Below are positions 10,286 through 18,750 of a stretch of DNA of 64,000 nt, piece by piece. The stretch lies in the IMG/VR virus record IMGVR_UViG_3300044729_001198, positions 1 through 64,000 of that record, one strand, 5' to 3'. This stretch comes from a virus. The notes beneath the pieces were generated by a model that made no database searches, was not told the DNA's origin, and worked only from the letters and a program-made list of their open reading frames with translations. Every line of letters begins with the position of its first letter. Position 1 is the stretch's first letter. The position numbers and the translations under genes are program-made.

Positions 10286-10945
10286 TTAAAAGGATGCTAA
10301 CAACATTAATATGTCGTCAAGAGCTTCATGTCTATGATTATCTTTCAAAACTACAGTGTAAGCATACTTACTTCCTTTTAGCTTTGGAACTTCATGGATT
10401 GCAGAGTCATTTTGGTATTTTAAGTCAATTTGTTGTGAATCACCACACAAAATCATCGTAGAACCTTTACCAAGTCGAGCTAAAACCATTTGCAATTGTT
10501 GTTTTGTCAAGTTTTGGAACTCATCTACGATACAAACCGCATTATCAAACGTTCTACCTCTAAAATGCGTTAATGATACTAACTCAAGGTTACCATCCTT
10601 CTCCATTTTCTCTAATATGTCAGGTTTGTTATAAACTTTTCTCATATTATCACGGATTGGTACTAACCATGGTTCTAATTTTTCTTCTAATGAACCGGGA
10701 AGAAATCCATTGTCTTCATTTGACACAGTAGGTCGTGTCATTATGATTTTGTTAACTTGTCTTTTAAAGAATAAATCCAATGCAATCTGACAGGCAAGTA
10801 ATGTCTTACCACTACCGGCTTTACCAACGATAAAGTTAAATGGTGTTTGGATAATTTGAGACTTTGCCTCTTTTTGTTCGTCAGATAAGGTTATCGAAAA
10901 CTTGATATCACTTTTTGGAACTCGTCTTTGAATATTTTCGGCCAT
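10286..10945 (-). CDS. phoH: PhoH-family ATPase
   Basis: GKAGSGKT Walker A, RGRTFDNAVCIVDEFQN, LCGDSQQIDL. Start moved from 10957 to 10945 because GGAG precedes that ATG. Confidence 0.95.
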   Translation of the reverse strand: MAENIQRRVPKSDIKFSITLSDEQKEAKSQIIQTPFNFIVGKAGSGKTLLACQIALDLFFKRQVNKIIMTRPTVSNEDNGFLPGSLEEKLEPWLVPIRDNMRKVYNKPDILEKMEKDGNLELVSLTHFRGRTFDNAVCIVDEFQNLTKQQLQMVLARLGKGSTMILCGDSQQIDLKYQNDSAIHEVPKLKGSKYAYTVVLKDNHRHEALDDILMLLASF

Positions 10946-10981
10946 ATTTTTCTCCATATTTCGTAAACCTTGTTTATAAAT

Positions 10982-10988
10982 ATAAATA
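10982..10988 (-). promoter_or_regulatory. Putative late promoter motif TATTTAT (tandem copy at 10976)
   Basis: Between the capsid terminator and phoH. Confidence 0.6.
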
Positions 10989-11001
10989 TCCCTATGGCAA
11001 T

Positions 11002-11027
11002 AAAAAAGGGGGTCGTTTGACCCCCTT
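11002..11027 (-). terminator. Intrinsic terminator after the major capsid gene
   Basis: GGGGGTC-loop-GACCCCC stem followed by T6 on the minus strand. Confidence 0.85.
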
Positions 11028-11050
11028 CTCTATTTTAATAAAGATTTATA

Positions 11051-12646
11051 TTAGATAGTTGAACCCAATGTGTTCAAACCATCAACAAATACTTTACCGT
11101 AGAACTCACCACGAATCATTTCCTTCGCGTAACGAGTCATTACACCCTTACGAGGTTGGAAGTTTTTCGGGTCGTACACCAAAGGAGTCATGATTAATGG
11201 AATGTATGGAGCGTATACAGCACCAGTTTCCAAGAATTGAGCACCTTTGAAACCTAACAAGATAACGTTTTCAGTCATGTAAGGGTTTTTGTACACTTGG
11301 TAGCGGTTAGCGAATGAACCTACTTGAGATACACCCATTGCGAACTGCATTTCAGCACCAGTACCACTAGCAGCGAATCCAGGGATAGATTCAAGGATAG
11401 TTGCAACGTCAGGAGATACTACCATAAAGTTAGCTCCACCTCTCATGGTTTTAGCATGGATTTGGTTAGAAACTCTCTGAAGTACAGTACCTAATGTAGC
11501 GAACCATGTACCTTGAATGTAAGCAGTGTAGTTAGCAGCTGATTGAGCAAAAGCTGAACCATTCCATTCGTAACCAACACGAGCTGACCAGTAACCTGTA
11601 GTCAATGCGTTAGTCATCAACATATCCAAGATTTCGAAATCGATTTCTTGAGAAACGTATTCTGACAACATTGAAGTTAATTCAGCCTCGGCGTCAATTG
11701 AATGGTAAGCGTTCAAATCTTGAGCAAATTCAGGAGTCCATTGTGCTTTCAACTTACGAGTCTTAGCAACGATAGGAACTGAACGAAGTTCAACGTTTAA
11801 TTCAGGAATACCCAAATCAGTTTCAGGGTTTGCAGCGAAACCTGAAGTGGTTTGTTCGAAGTCACCACGAGTGATATCGCTTGGTTGTTTGTGGTAAGCA
11901 ACTTGTACAGCGGTAGCATTTGTTACAGCACCATCAGCTACTACGAATTCAACATAAGTAGAACCATCAGTTGTAGTCAAGTTTTCGATTACGTTAACGT
12001 AAGCAGAAGCGGACAACAATTGGAATGCACGAACGCCTTCGAAGTCAGCATTAAGACCAGCCAAGTTAACTTTTACAACATCGTAAGAGGTTGGAGCACC
12101 ATAACGTGAGTCGAAGTTAATAGAAGCTGAAGTAGCGTTTGAAGCTGTAGCGAATACAGTAGCAAATTGGTCGTTGATAGTATAACCAAAACGACCACCA
12201 CCATAAAGACCACCAGTTGCTTGACCAGCAGTTTCGGTGATACCGAATACTGAATCAGCTTGTGAATCTTTACCTGAACCGGTTGTGAAACCAGGTTGAC
12301 CTGAACCATACTTGAAATCCAAGTAGAATACAAGACCAGATGGTAAGTTCATAGGTTGTACTGAAACGAATTCTTTAGCAGCGATTTCAGAGAAGATACG
12401 TCTTACTAAAGGAAGAGCTACACCAGCCCATTCTTCAGAGTTAGCAGCAGTACCAGTAGCAGATGCTTCAGATACTAATTGTTTTGCTTGGTTTTCCAAC
12501 AAAGTAGCCATACCACTTCTTTCGAAGTCAGACTTGATACCTTCTAAAAGACCGGTCTTAGCCCATTTAGCTACGATACCTTTGCTCTCTTCAGATAATC
12601 TTTTGTTGAAACCAGCAGATTCATTTAAAATGTTATTGATTTTCAT
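11051..12646 (-). CDS. gp23: T4-like major capsid protein
   Basis: VQPMNLPSGLVFYLDF, KTRKLKAQWTPEFAQDLNAYHSIDAEAELTSMLSE, YAPYIPL, PRKGVMTRY. Confidence 0.97.
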   Translation of the reverse strand: MKINNILNESAGFNKRLSEESKGIVAKWAKTGLLEGIKSDFERSGMATLLENQAKQLVSEASATGTAANSEEWAGVALPLVRRIFSEIAAKEFVSVQPMNLPSGLVFYLDFKYGSGQPGFTTGSGKDSQADSVFGITETAGQATGGLYGGGRFGYTINDQFATVFATASNATSASINFDSRYGAPTSYDVVKVNLAGLNADFEGVRAFQLLSASAYVNVIENLTTTDGSTYVEFVVADGAVTNATAVQVAYHKQPSDITRGDFEQTTSGFAANPETDLGIPELNVELRSVPIVAKTRKLKAQWTPEFAQDLNAYHSIDAEAELTSMLSEYVSQEIDFEILDMLMTNALTTGYWSARVGYEWNGSAFAQSAANYTAYIQGTWFATLGTVLQRVSNQIHAKTMRGGANFMVVSPDVATILESIPGFAASGTGAEMQFAMGVSQVGSFANRYQVYKNPYMTENVILLGFKGAQFLETGAVYAPYIPLIMTPLVYDPKNFQPRKGVMTRYAKEMIRGEFYGKVFVDGLNTLGSTI

Positions 12647-12678
12647 CTTAATTTTCCTTTTTTCTTTTGGTTTTAGAA

Positions 12679-13644
12679 TTATTTAATTAAACCAGCCAAC
12701 TTCTTAAATCTTTCAGCTACTGCAGTTCCTTCAGAAATGATTTCTTTTTTAGGAGCAGATGACTTCATAGGTTTAGAAGCAAGTGATTCTTTTACAACAG
12801 TTTTGTTTTTTCTTGCAACATTTAAGTTTTCACCTAATGTAGCATAAACTAATTTAACTTCTCTCAAAGATGCAGCTCTATCGAAGTTTTCGATAACTTT
12901 CATCTTTTGATTTTCGTTCAAGTCGAATGTTCTGAACAATTTGTTAGTGTATAACAATTTAGCGTTCAAAAGATTCACCTCGTTAATGGTTTTCTTTAAA
13001 GAAGTGATAACTTTATAAGCCTCTTCCAACTCTTCCTTGTAACCTTCAGTAGATTCTTCTTCTTCAGCAACGGGCTCTTCTTCTTCGCCATCCATTTCTT
13101 GTAAGGCTTTGATGATTTCGTTGATGTCAAGTTCTTCCTCTTCTTCAGATACAGGTTCATCTTCCATTTCTTCTTCAGCAACGGGCTCTTCACCCATTTC
13201 ATCTTCTTCAGAAACTTCTTCTTCACCGGCCATAGCGTCTTCAAGTTCTCTGATTACAGCTTCAAGGTCTAAATCGTCTTCTTCAGTCTCTTCTTCCTCG
13301 TCACCAGTAACATCGTACTCTTCACCATCTTCTTCAGAATCCATGTCCATTTCCATGTCTTCTTCACCCTCTTCAGAATACATTTCCTCATCTTCTTCAG
13401 TAGCCATCTCGTCTTCTTCAGTAGCCATCTCGTCTTCTACAGGTTCGTCAGTAGTCATTGCGTCCATCTCTGGTGCAACTTCTTCTTCGTCTTCCTCTTC
13501 CAACTCTTCAGCAATCTTATGAGACAACATAGATTGTAGTTTTGGGGTAAATGCTTCTTCGAGAGCCATTTTAGCGTTAGCTAATGCAGTTTCCTTAACG
13601 GCTTTGGCATCGGCAATTGCTTCTTTTAACAAATCTGATTTCAT
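12679..13644 (-). CDS. gp22: Prohead core scaffold protein
   Basis: Very acidic 321 aa directly upstream of gp23; many (L/I/V)xE sites. Confidence 0.8.
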   Translation of the reverse strand: MKSDLLKEAIADAKAVKETALANAKMALEEAFTPKLQSMLSHKIAEELEEEDEEEVAPEMDAMTTDEPVEDEMATEEDEMATEEDEEMYSEEGEEDMEMDMDSEEDGEEYDVTGDEEEETEEDDLDLEAVIRELEDAMAGEEEVSEEDEMGEEPVAEEEMEDEPVSEEEEELDINEIIKALQEMDGEEEEPVAEEEESTEGYKEELEEAYKVITSLKKTINEVNLLNAKLLYTNKLFRTFDLNENQKMKVIENFDRAASLREVKLVYATLGENLNVARKNKTVVKESLASKPMKSSAPKKEIISEGTAVAERFKKLAGLIK

Positions 13645-13677
13645 TTGTTTTTCTCCTAAATTAAGCTTTTTGGATAA

Positions 13678-13743
13678 TAAGATTATTGAGAATCTTAATA
13701 GAATATTTTTTCAAATAATAGTAATCACTCATTGGGGAGTGAT
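13678..13743 (-). promoter_or_regulatory. Two-hairpin 5' leader of the scaffold/capsid operon
   Basis: ATCACTC-6nt-GAGTGAT (13724-13743) and TAAGATT-6nt-AATCTTA (13678-13697). Confidence 0.5.
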
Positions 13744-13752
13744 ATTTTTAAA

Positions 13753-13759
13753 ATAAATA
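13753..13759 (-). promoter_or_regulatory. Putative late promoter motif TATTTAT
   Basis: About 110 nt upstream of the scaffold ATG. Confidence 0.6.
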
Positions 13760-13794
13760 GGGTTACTTTTTCTGAAACGATAAAGTGTTTACTA

Positions 13795-14076
13795 TTAACC
13801 TTCGTTTATTCTTCGAATATACTCTTTTCGTTGAGCATCTTCTCTTTGTTTTCTACGAAGTGTTGTGGGTTTTGTGTACTCTTTCTTATCTCGTAAGATA
13901 TCCATCATCCCACTATCTTTTACAGTACGTTTTAGTAATCGAAGTGCGGCTTCTAAATTACCATCTACTACTTTTACACCAAGCGCGTTCCCATACATGA
14001 ACATATCATCTTTACGGGCCCTCTTCTTCTTTTTGAAGTCTTTGTTTTGATTGTCTCTGTTGTTCTTTTTATACAT
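13795..14076 (-). CDS. rpsU: Phage-encoded ribosomal protein bS21 with basic N-terminal extension
   Basis: VKVVDGNLEAALRLLKRTVKDSG...LRDKKEYTKPTTLRR is the bS21 signature; sits next to the scaffold and capsid genes as in known bS21 phages. Confidence 0.92.
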   Translation of the reverse strand: MYKKNNRDNQNKDFKKKKRARKDDMFMYGNALGVKVVDGNLEAALRLLKRTVKDSGMMDILRDKKEYTKPTTLRRKQREDAQRKEYIRRINEG

Positions 14077-14128
14077 AAAATTTATTTGATTAAAAAAAAT
14101 ACACCTACCAAGTTAATGATAGGTGTAT

Positions 14129-14135
14129 ATAAATA
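14129..14135 (-). promoter_or_regulatory. Putative late promoter motif TATTTAT upstream of bS21
   Basis: About 50 nt upstream of the bS21 ATG. Confidence 0.6.
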
Positions 14136-14155
14136 TGAAAATGTTTTTTATAAAA

Positions 14156-14326
14156 TTACTTTTGAGTATTTTCGGTCAAGTCATCTAATCCATCTTTGAA
14201 CATTGACATCAACTTACCAATTTCCTTTTGTTGATTCGGTGGTAACTTTTTAATGTCTGATAAGTTATTCTTAATCAGCTTTGAAAAGTCCACCGACAAT
14301 TGTTGTAATATGTCAGATGGGTTCAT
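14156..14326 (-). CDS. Small hypothetical protein, 56 aa
   Basis: Manual translation MNPSDILQQLSVDFSKLIKNNLSDIKKLPPNQQKEIGKLMSMFKDGLDDLTENTQK*; not in track. Confidence 0.65.
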   Translation of the reverse strand: MNPSDILQQLSVDFSKLIKNNLSDIKKLPPNQQKEIGKLMSMFKDGLDDLTENTQK

Positions 14327-14328
14327 AA

Positions 14329-15732
14329 TTAGGCCTTCTTTTCTTTTCTCTTCTTTTCAATATCAGCAACAAGTTTACTCAACTTGACGTATTCAGCTTT
14401 CAATGATGAGTCGATGTATCTATTCAATCCCCAGTGGAAAGAAGCTCTAAGCAACATATAGAATGGTAAGTCTTTGTAGTTACGACCATATGTAGATAAT
14501 CTCAACCAATTCATAAATGCTTCAGCCATTGGTTTTGATAAAGGAATACCTTCAACACGAGATGTCTGACCATTGATTACCGATTGAACCAATTTAGTTG
14601 CCATACCATGAGCACCCTCGTTTACTGATTTTTTAGACTTTATAAGTGAAGTCAATTTCATAGACTCATTAGCAAAGTCTTCAGCATTCTCTTTGTCTTC
14701 AGCATCTACATCAGTAACCTTAAACGTTTTATCACCTACTTGGAATGTGTCTTGACCTGCAGCAATGGCTTTAGCTCTTGCAGCACCGAACTCATTACCC
14801 TCTTCCATTTCTTCTTCGTTTACCGATTCGTTCATGTTAGAGTAAAAATACTTTCTCATATAGTCTAATGACTTTAGGATACTTTGTAATTCTCTTTTAC
14901 CCTTTGGTCCAAGTTCTTCATCTCTCAAATATGCATTTAAAACAGCATATGCGCCATTTACAAATTGATATGGGTTTTCAGCTTTTACAGTATACGAAGC
15001 CTCGTTTACTGATTCTAAATTCAAACTTCTTTGTGCGTTAGTCAAACCACTAATGATAGATTTTAATCCACCCTTAACACCTTCAGTATCTTTAGCTTGA
15101 ACTCTTTTATCCAAAATTTTAGTATTGGCTTTTAAGAAGTTGATGATTGCGTTTTGAACAGCGTTCCACTTGATTTCTTCTTCGTTTACTGATTCGTTAG
15201 TGAACTCTTCAGCATTCTTTTTGTCAGAATCATCTACATCAGTCACTTTGTAAGATTTACCATCAACTTCAAATGAATCTTCACCAGCAGCAATTGCTTT
15301 AGCTCTTGCAGCACCAAACTCATTACCTTCTTTGATTTCGTAGTATTTACCAAGAACTTCACCAATCTCATCGTAAGCAGATTCCATTCTTTGTTGTAAA
15401 GTAGAAACCTCTTTAATTGTATTTGAAAATACTTTGAATGACTCATTCATAGACTTCATGTGTCTCTGAACAGTTACTCTATCGAACCAATCGCCGGTTT
15501 CTTTTAAAGTGATGTTGTTAGCGTTTTCTACAATATTTTTAATAGAATCGTGAATCTCACCAAGATTACCTTTGTGTGAAATCATCTCACCTAATTGTTT
15601 GTATGCAGCAACGGCTTCAACGAATGCACGTTTTTCTTCTTTGGTCATTCCTTTTTCATCCTCTTCACCCACATTCATTCTGCGGTAATCAAGTTCTTGT
15701 GATTCTTTTAAAAGGTCTTTTAATTTCTTCAT
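14329..15732 (-). CDS. Modular internal-head-like protein with ESVNE linkers and a duplicated EGNEFGAARAKAIAAG module
   Basis: 467 aa; ESVNE three times; two copies of a ~45-aa repeat. Confidence 0.7.
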   Translation of the reverse strand: MKKLKDLLKESQELDYRRMNVGEEDEKGMTKEEKRAFVEAVAAYKQLGEMISHKGNLGEIHDSIKNIVENANNITLKETGDWFDRVTVQRHMKSMNESFKVFSNTIKEVSTLQQRMESAYDEIGEVLGKYYEIKEGNEFGAARAKAIAAGEDSFEVDGKSYKVTDVDDSDKKNAEEFTNESVNEEEIKWNAVQNAIINFLKANTKILDKRVQAKDTEGVKGGLKSIISGLTNAQRSLNLESVNEASYTVKAENPYQFVNGAYAVLNAYLRDEELGPKGKRELQSILKSLDYMRKYFYSNMNESVNEEEMEEGNEFGAARAKAIAAGQDTFQVGDKTFKVTDVDAEDKENAEDFANESMKLTSLIKSKKSVNEGAHGMATKLVQSVINGQTSRVEGIPLSKPMAEAFMNWLRLSTYGRNYKDLPFYMLLRASFHWGLNRYIDSSLKAEYVKLSKLVADIEKKRKEKKA

Positions 15733-15749
15733 TTTAGTATCCGTTTGTT

Positions 15750-16574
15750 TTATGATTTAGATTCAACAAGTTTTTCAATTTTTTGACCAAGTGGTCTACC
15801 AATTGTCATCGAAGTATAAAAAGCAATTGCGTCAGCAATAGCACCACCATCCCATTGTGCCATATTAGCAATTTTTGGACCAAGGTCGTATTCGTATATA
15901 TCAATGGTATCTTCTTTACCCATCGGGTCACCTTCGTATTCAGCTTTAGGGAATAAAGCAGGTACTTTCTTTGCGTCTGAATGGAAGTTTGCATCTCTTA
16001 ATGCGCCAATCAAAACGTGCATTACTGCAAACTGATGGTTAGGACCACCCGTTCTCAAATCACCGAGCTCTTTCATCAAAAGTTTATAAACTTTTTTGTT
16101 GAGCATACCATCTACTTCATTTATGGATTCAGAAATACCATCATAATCATGATAGTTTGATGATGCTTGTGAAATGTAGTTTTCAGCGTTAGTGATATGG
16201 TCTTGAATCCAAGCAGGAATGTCCTTTTCCATCTCACCCATTTTTTGTTTTAATTCAGTAGCGTATTTGATAATAGAGTCTAATGAATTTTGTGACATAG
16301 ATACTTCGTGGTCTTGTTCTTGGATGCTTTCATTTGTTCCAAATTTGGATACAATCATTTTAAACATTTTATTACCAGGATTACCAACAAGAGCTGACAC
16401 AAATGCCATTCTTTCGGGCATTTTACCATTTTTTACATACTTGTATAATGCAGATGCATCGATACCATTATCATCTATAAATTTTTGAACAGCATCACCA
16501 CGAGTTGCGGTAAAAGCGGCAATGCCCATGGCTTCTTTCGAAGCAGATTCAGTAATAAGTTTCTTTAAATTCAT
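15750..16574 (-). CDS. Modular internal-head-like protein
   Basis: Start revised to MNLKKLITES (16574), which has a GGAG SD and removes the overlap with gp21; ESIQE/ESINE linkers. Confidence 0.65.
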   Translation of the reverse strand: MNLKKLITESASKEAMGIAAFTATRGDAVQKFIDDNGIDASALYKYVKNGKMPERMAFVSALVGNPGNKMFKMIVSKFGTNESIQEQDHEVSMSQNSLDSIIKYATELKQKMGEMEKDIPAWIQDHITNAENYISQASSNYHDYDGISESINEVDGMLNKKVYKLLMKELGDLRTGGPNHQFAVMHVLIGALRDANFHSDAKKVPALFPKAEYEGDPMGKEDTIDIYEYDLGPKIANMAQWDGGAIADAIAFYTSMTIGRPLGQKIEKLVESKS

Positions 16575-16575
16575 T

Positions 16576-17214
16576 TTATTTAACTCCAAAATCACATTCG
16601 CAATATCCACCAACTTCACAAATGATATCTCTCATGATGGTATTCGCTTTAGTATAATTAGTTTGTTTTCTTTGAACACTTTCGTTTATAACACCCTCAT
16701 TTGTGGGTCTCAAGAAAGCACCTTGGGTTGATGGGTTTGATACAAAGTCCCAACAGATTAATTCGAAATCATTTTCAACTGCAACTGTACCATCTTCTTT
16801 GATTTGTTTTACCGAACCCATACCTCGTGATGAGATACCAACAGTACAACCGGCCTTGACCAATTCTTGTAAAATTTTACCAGCAGGTGTATTTAAAATC
16901 TCAACTTGACCCACTACATCATCACCATTCCACCAAACTTCACGGATAATGTGTGACGTATTCTTCAATTCAACAACTGAAGATTCAGGGTGGTCAAGTT
17001 CACCATATGCACGGTTCTCTCTGATTTCTCTACCCTTGTATTTTTCAATTTCTCTTTCAAGAATATCTTTTGGGTAAACTCTACCATTTTGATTTTTAGC
17101 ATTAGCTCTTTGAAGTACACCGCTGACAACGAATCTACCACTTTTATCGTATGATTCTTTTAACATTTGAGGTGTAATCTCAAATAAACTAACATCAATC
17201 AGTAATTGTTTCAT
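16576..17214 (-). CDS. gp21: Prohead core protease
   Basis: NQNGRVYP, GELDHPE, GISSRGMGS, WDFVSNPS; start revised to 17214 (TAATG coupling, GGGAG SD). Confidence 0.95.
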   Translation of the reverse strand: MKQLLIDVSLFEITPQMLKESYDKSGRFVVSGVLQRANAKNQNGRVYPKDILEREIEKYKGREIRENRAYGELDHPESSVVELKNTSHIIREVWWNGDDVVGQVEILNTPAGKILQELVKAGCTVGISSRGMGSVKQIKEDGTVAVENDFELICWDFVSNPSTQGAFLRPTNEGVINESVQRKQTNYTKANTIMRDIICEVGGYCECDFGVK

Positions 17215-17357
17215 TATTTCTCCCAAACTTGTCTTTTACGATATAAATCAAAAAATATTCTTGCAATTTCCCTGCGGATTATATAACGAACCTGCTCAAG
17301 GTCATCAACTTCAAGAGCTTCTTTCAATTTTGAATTTTTGTTACATCCACAAGACAT
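17214..17357 (-). CDS. Small hypothetical protein, 47 aa
   Basis: Manual translation MSCGCNKNSKLKEALEVDDLEQVRYIIRREIARIFFDLYRKRQVWEK*; stop overlaps the gp21 ATG. Confidence 0.7.
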   Translation of the reverse strand: MSCGCNKNSKLKEALEVDDLEQVRYIIRREIARIFFDLYRKRQVWEK

Positions 17358-17358
17358 A

Positions 17359-17862
17359 TTAAGCACCCAATTCTTTAATCTTACGAGAAATCTTTAACAT
17401 TCTTTCGGAAATCTTACCAAATCTTACTTTTGTAGATTCCCAATACTGACCTTGACTCAATCCCATTTCAGTTTTAAGTTTTGTGTTCTGATTTACCAAT
17501 TGTTCAACCTCATATAACTTGCGATTGATTTCTTTGATAGCCAAATTTACTTTCTTTTTAGCAGAAAGGGTTTCGTCTTTTTTATACGCTCTATAAGTAG
17601 CCTCGATTAGACTTTCCAATTGGTCTTCCATACGAGATACAGCCTCAAAGTGTGCTTTTTCTTTTTTGGACTTTTTGTAACCTAAAACCTCAATGTGGTC
17701 GGAGTCTAAATCGTCTTCATCTTGTGATTTAGCAAATGCGTTAGGTGTCCGTGGTGGTCCAGCGCCACCATCCATATTACCTGTAACATTTGCCTCTTCA
17801 AGCTCTTCTTCTTCGAATTGCTTAAATTTTAAGTCAAGTTGTTCTAATAAAAATTTAGACAT
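17359..17862 (-). CDS. Hypothetical head-module protein
   Basis: 167 aa; SD TAAGGAG; located between portal and protease. Confidence 0.65.
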   Translation of the reverse strand: MSKFLLEQLDLKFKQFEEEELEEANVTGNMDGGAGPPRTPNAFAKSQDEDDLDSDHIEVLGYKKSKKEKAHFEAVSRMEDQLESLIEATYRAYKKDETLSAKKKVNLAIKEINRKLYEVEQLVNQNTKLKTEMGLSQGQYWESTKVRFGKISERMLKISRKIKELGA

Positions 17863-18703
17863 TTGATACTCTCCTTAATTCTTGTAGCAATTCGTGGTAT
17901 CTTAACAACGATAAAATTTGATTTTCGTTGATTACCTTTGAATTTGATATATTATCAATTAAATTTACAGTCTCATTAACTTTAATACTTGCAACTTTAT
18001 CAGTCACCTTCACTTTTGAAAATTCAGACTTTAGTCTTTTAACTTCAGACAATACAAACTTTCTCAAATTGTTTGAGTTGTCCACATTGTTGATATAGTT
18101 ACGAAGAACCTTCTTTTGTGATTCTGAAAGTGTTGTATATTTTGAATTAAACGAATCAACCAAGAATTTATAAGCCAACATACGAACCTCTTTAGGTTGT
18201 TGAGCATATTCTTTGGTTGTGGTTGACTCTGAAATGATTTCTACGTCTTTTGTAGTAATGGTTTCGAGAATTGTCGTTTTACATTCTACGAATTCTTTTG
18301 GAGAAACTGATTGAGTGTACTCAAATACCTTGTATATAGAAGCCAATTGTTTGTAGTTCGATACACGATACTTAAAAAAATCTTCCATTACAAAAGATTC
18401 TTTAATTGACTTAATTAAATTATATTTTTGTCTCTTCAATGTCGTTTCAACCAATGAACCTCGTTCTTGTAGAATAATATTCATAAATTCTTGAGCTTTA
18501 TATTGAGAATCAAAGTTTTCCTTTGTTAAAGATTGATATAGTTTCAATTCTTTACTCAATTCACTCCCTCTCTTGAAATGCTTTTTAATAATTTCAAGGG
18601 CAAGGGAATTTTTACCCGCCAAAGTGTCTGAAGCGATTTGTCTTACGAGTAATTCGAATAGAATACCCGTATTTTTAAATTTACTATGTTTAAGTTTCGT
18701 CAT
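17855..18703 (-). CDS. Hypothetical head-module protein
   Basis: 282 aa helical ORF; late motif at 18732. Confidence 0.7.
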   Translation of the reverse strand: MTKLKHSKFKNTGILFELLVRQIASDTLAGKNSLALEIIKKHFKRGSELSKELKLYQSLTKENFDSQYKAQEFMNIILQERGSLVETTLKRQKYNLIKSIKESFVMEDFFKYRVSNYKQLASIYKVFEYTQSVSPKEFVECKTTILETITTKDVEIISESTTTKEYAQQPKEVRMLAYKFLVDSFNSKYTTLSESQKKVLRNYINNVDNSNNLRKFVLSEVKRLKSEFSKVKVTDKVASIKVNETVNLIDNISNSKVINENQILSLLRYHELLQELRRVSNV

Positions 18704-18750
18704 CTTAAACTTTCTCTTTTGTTTCTACTTTATAAATATTAGATTTATAC

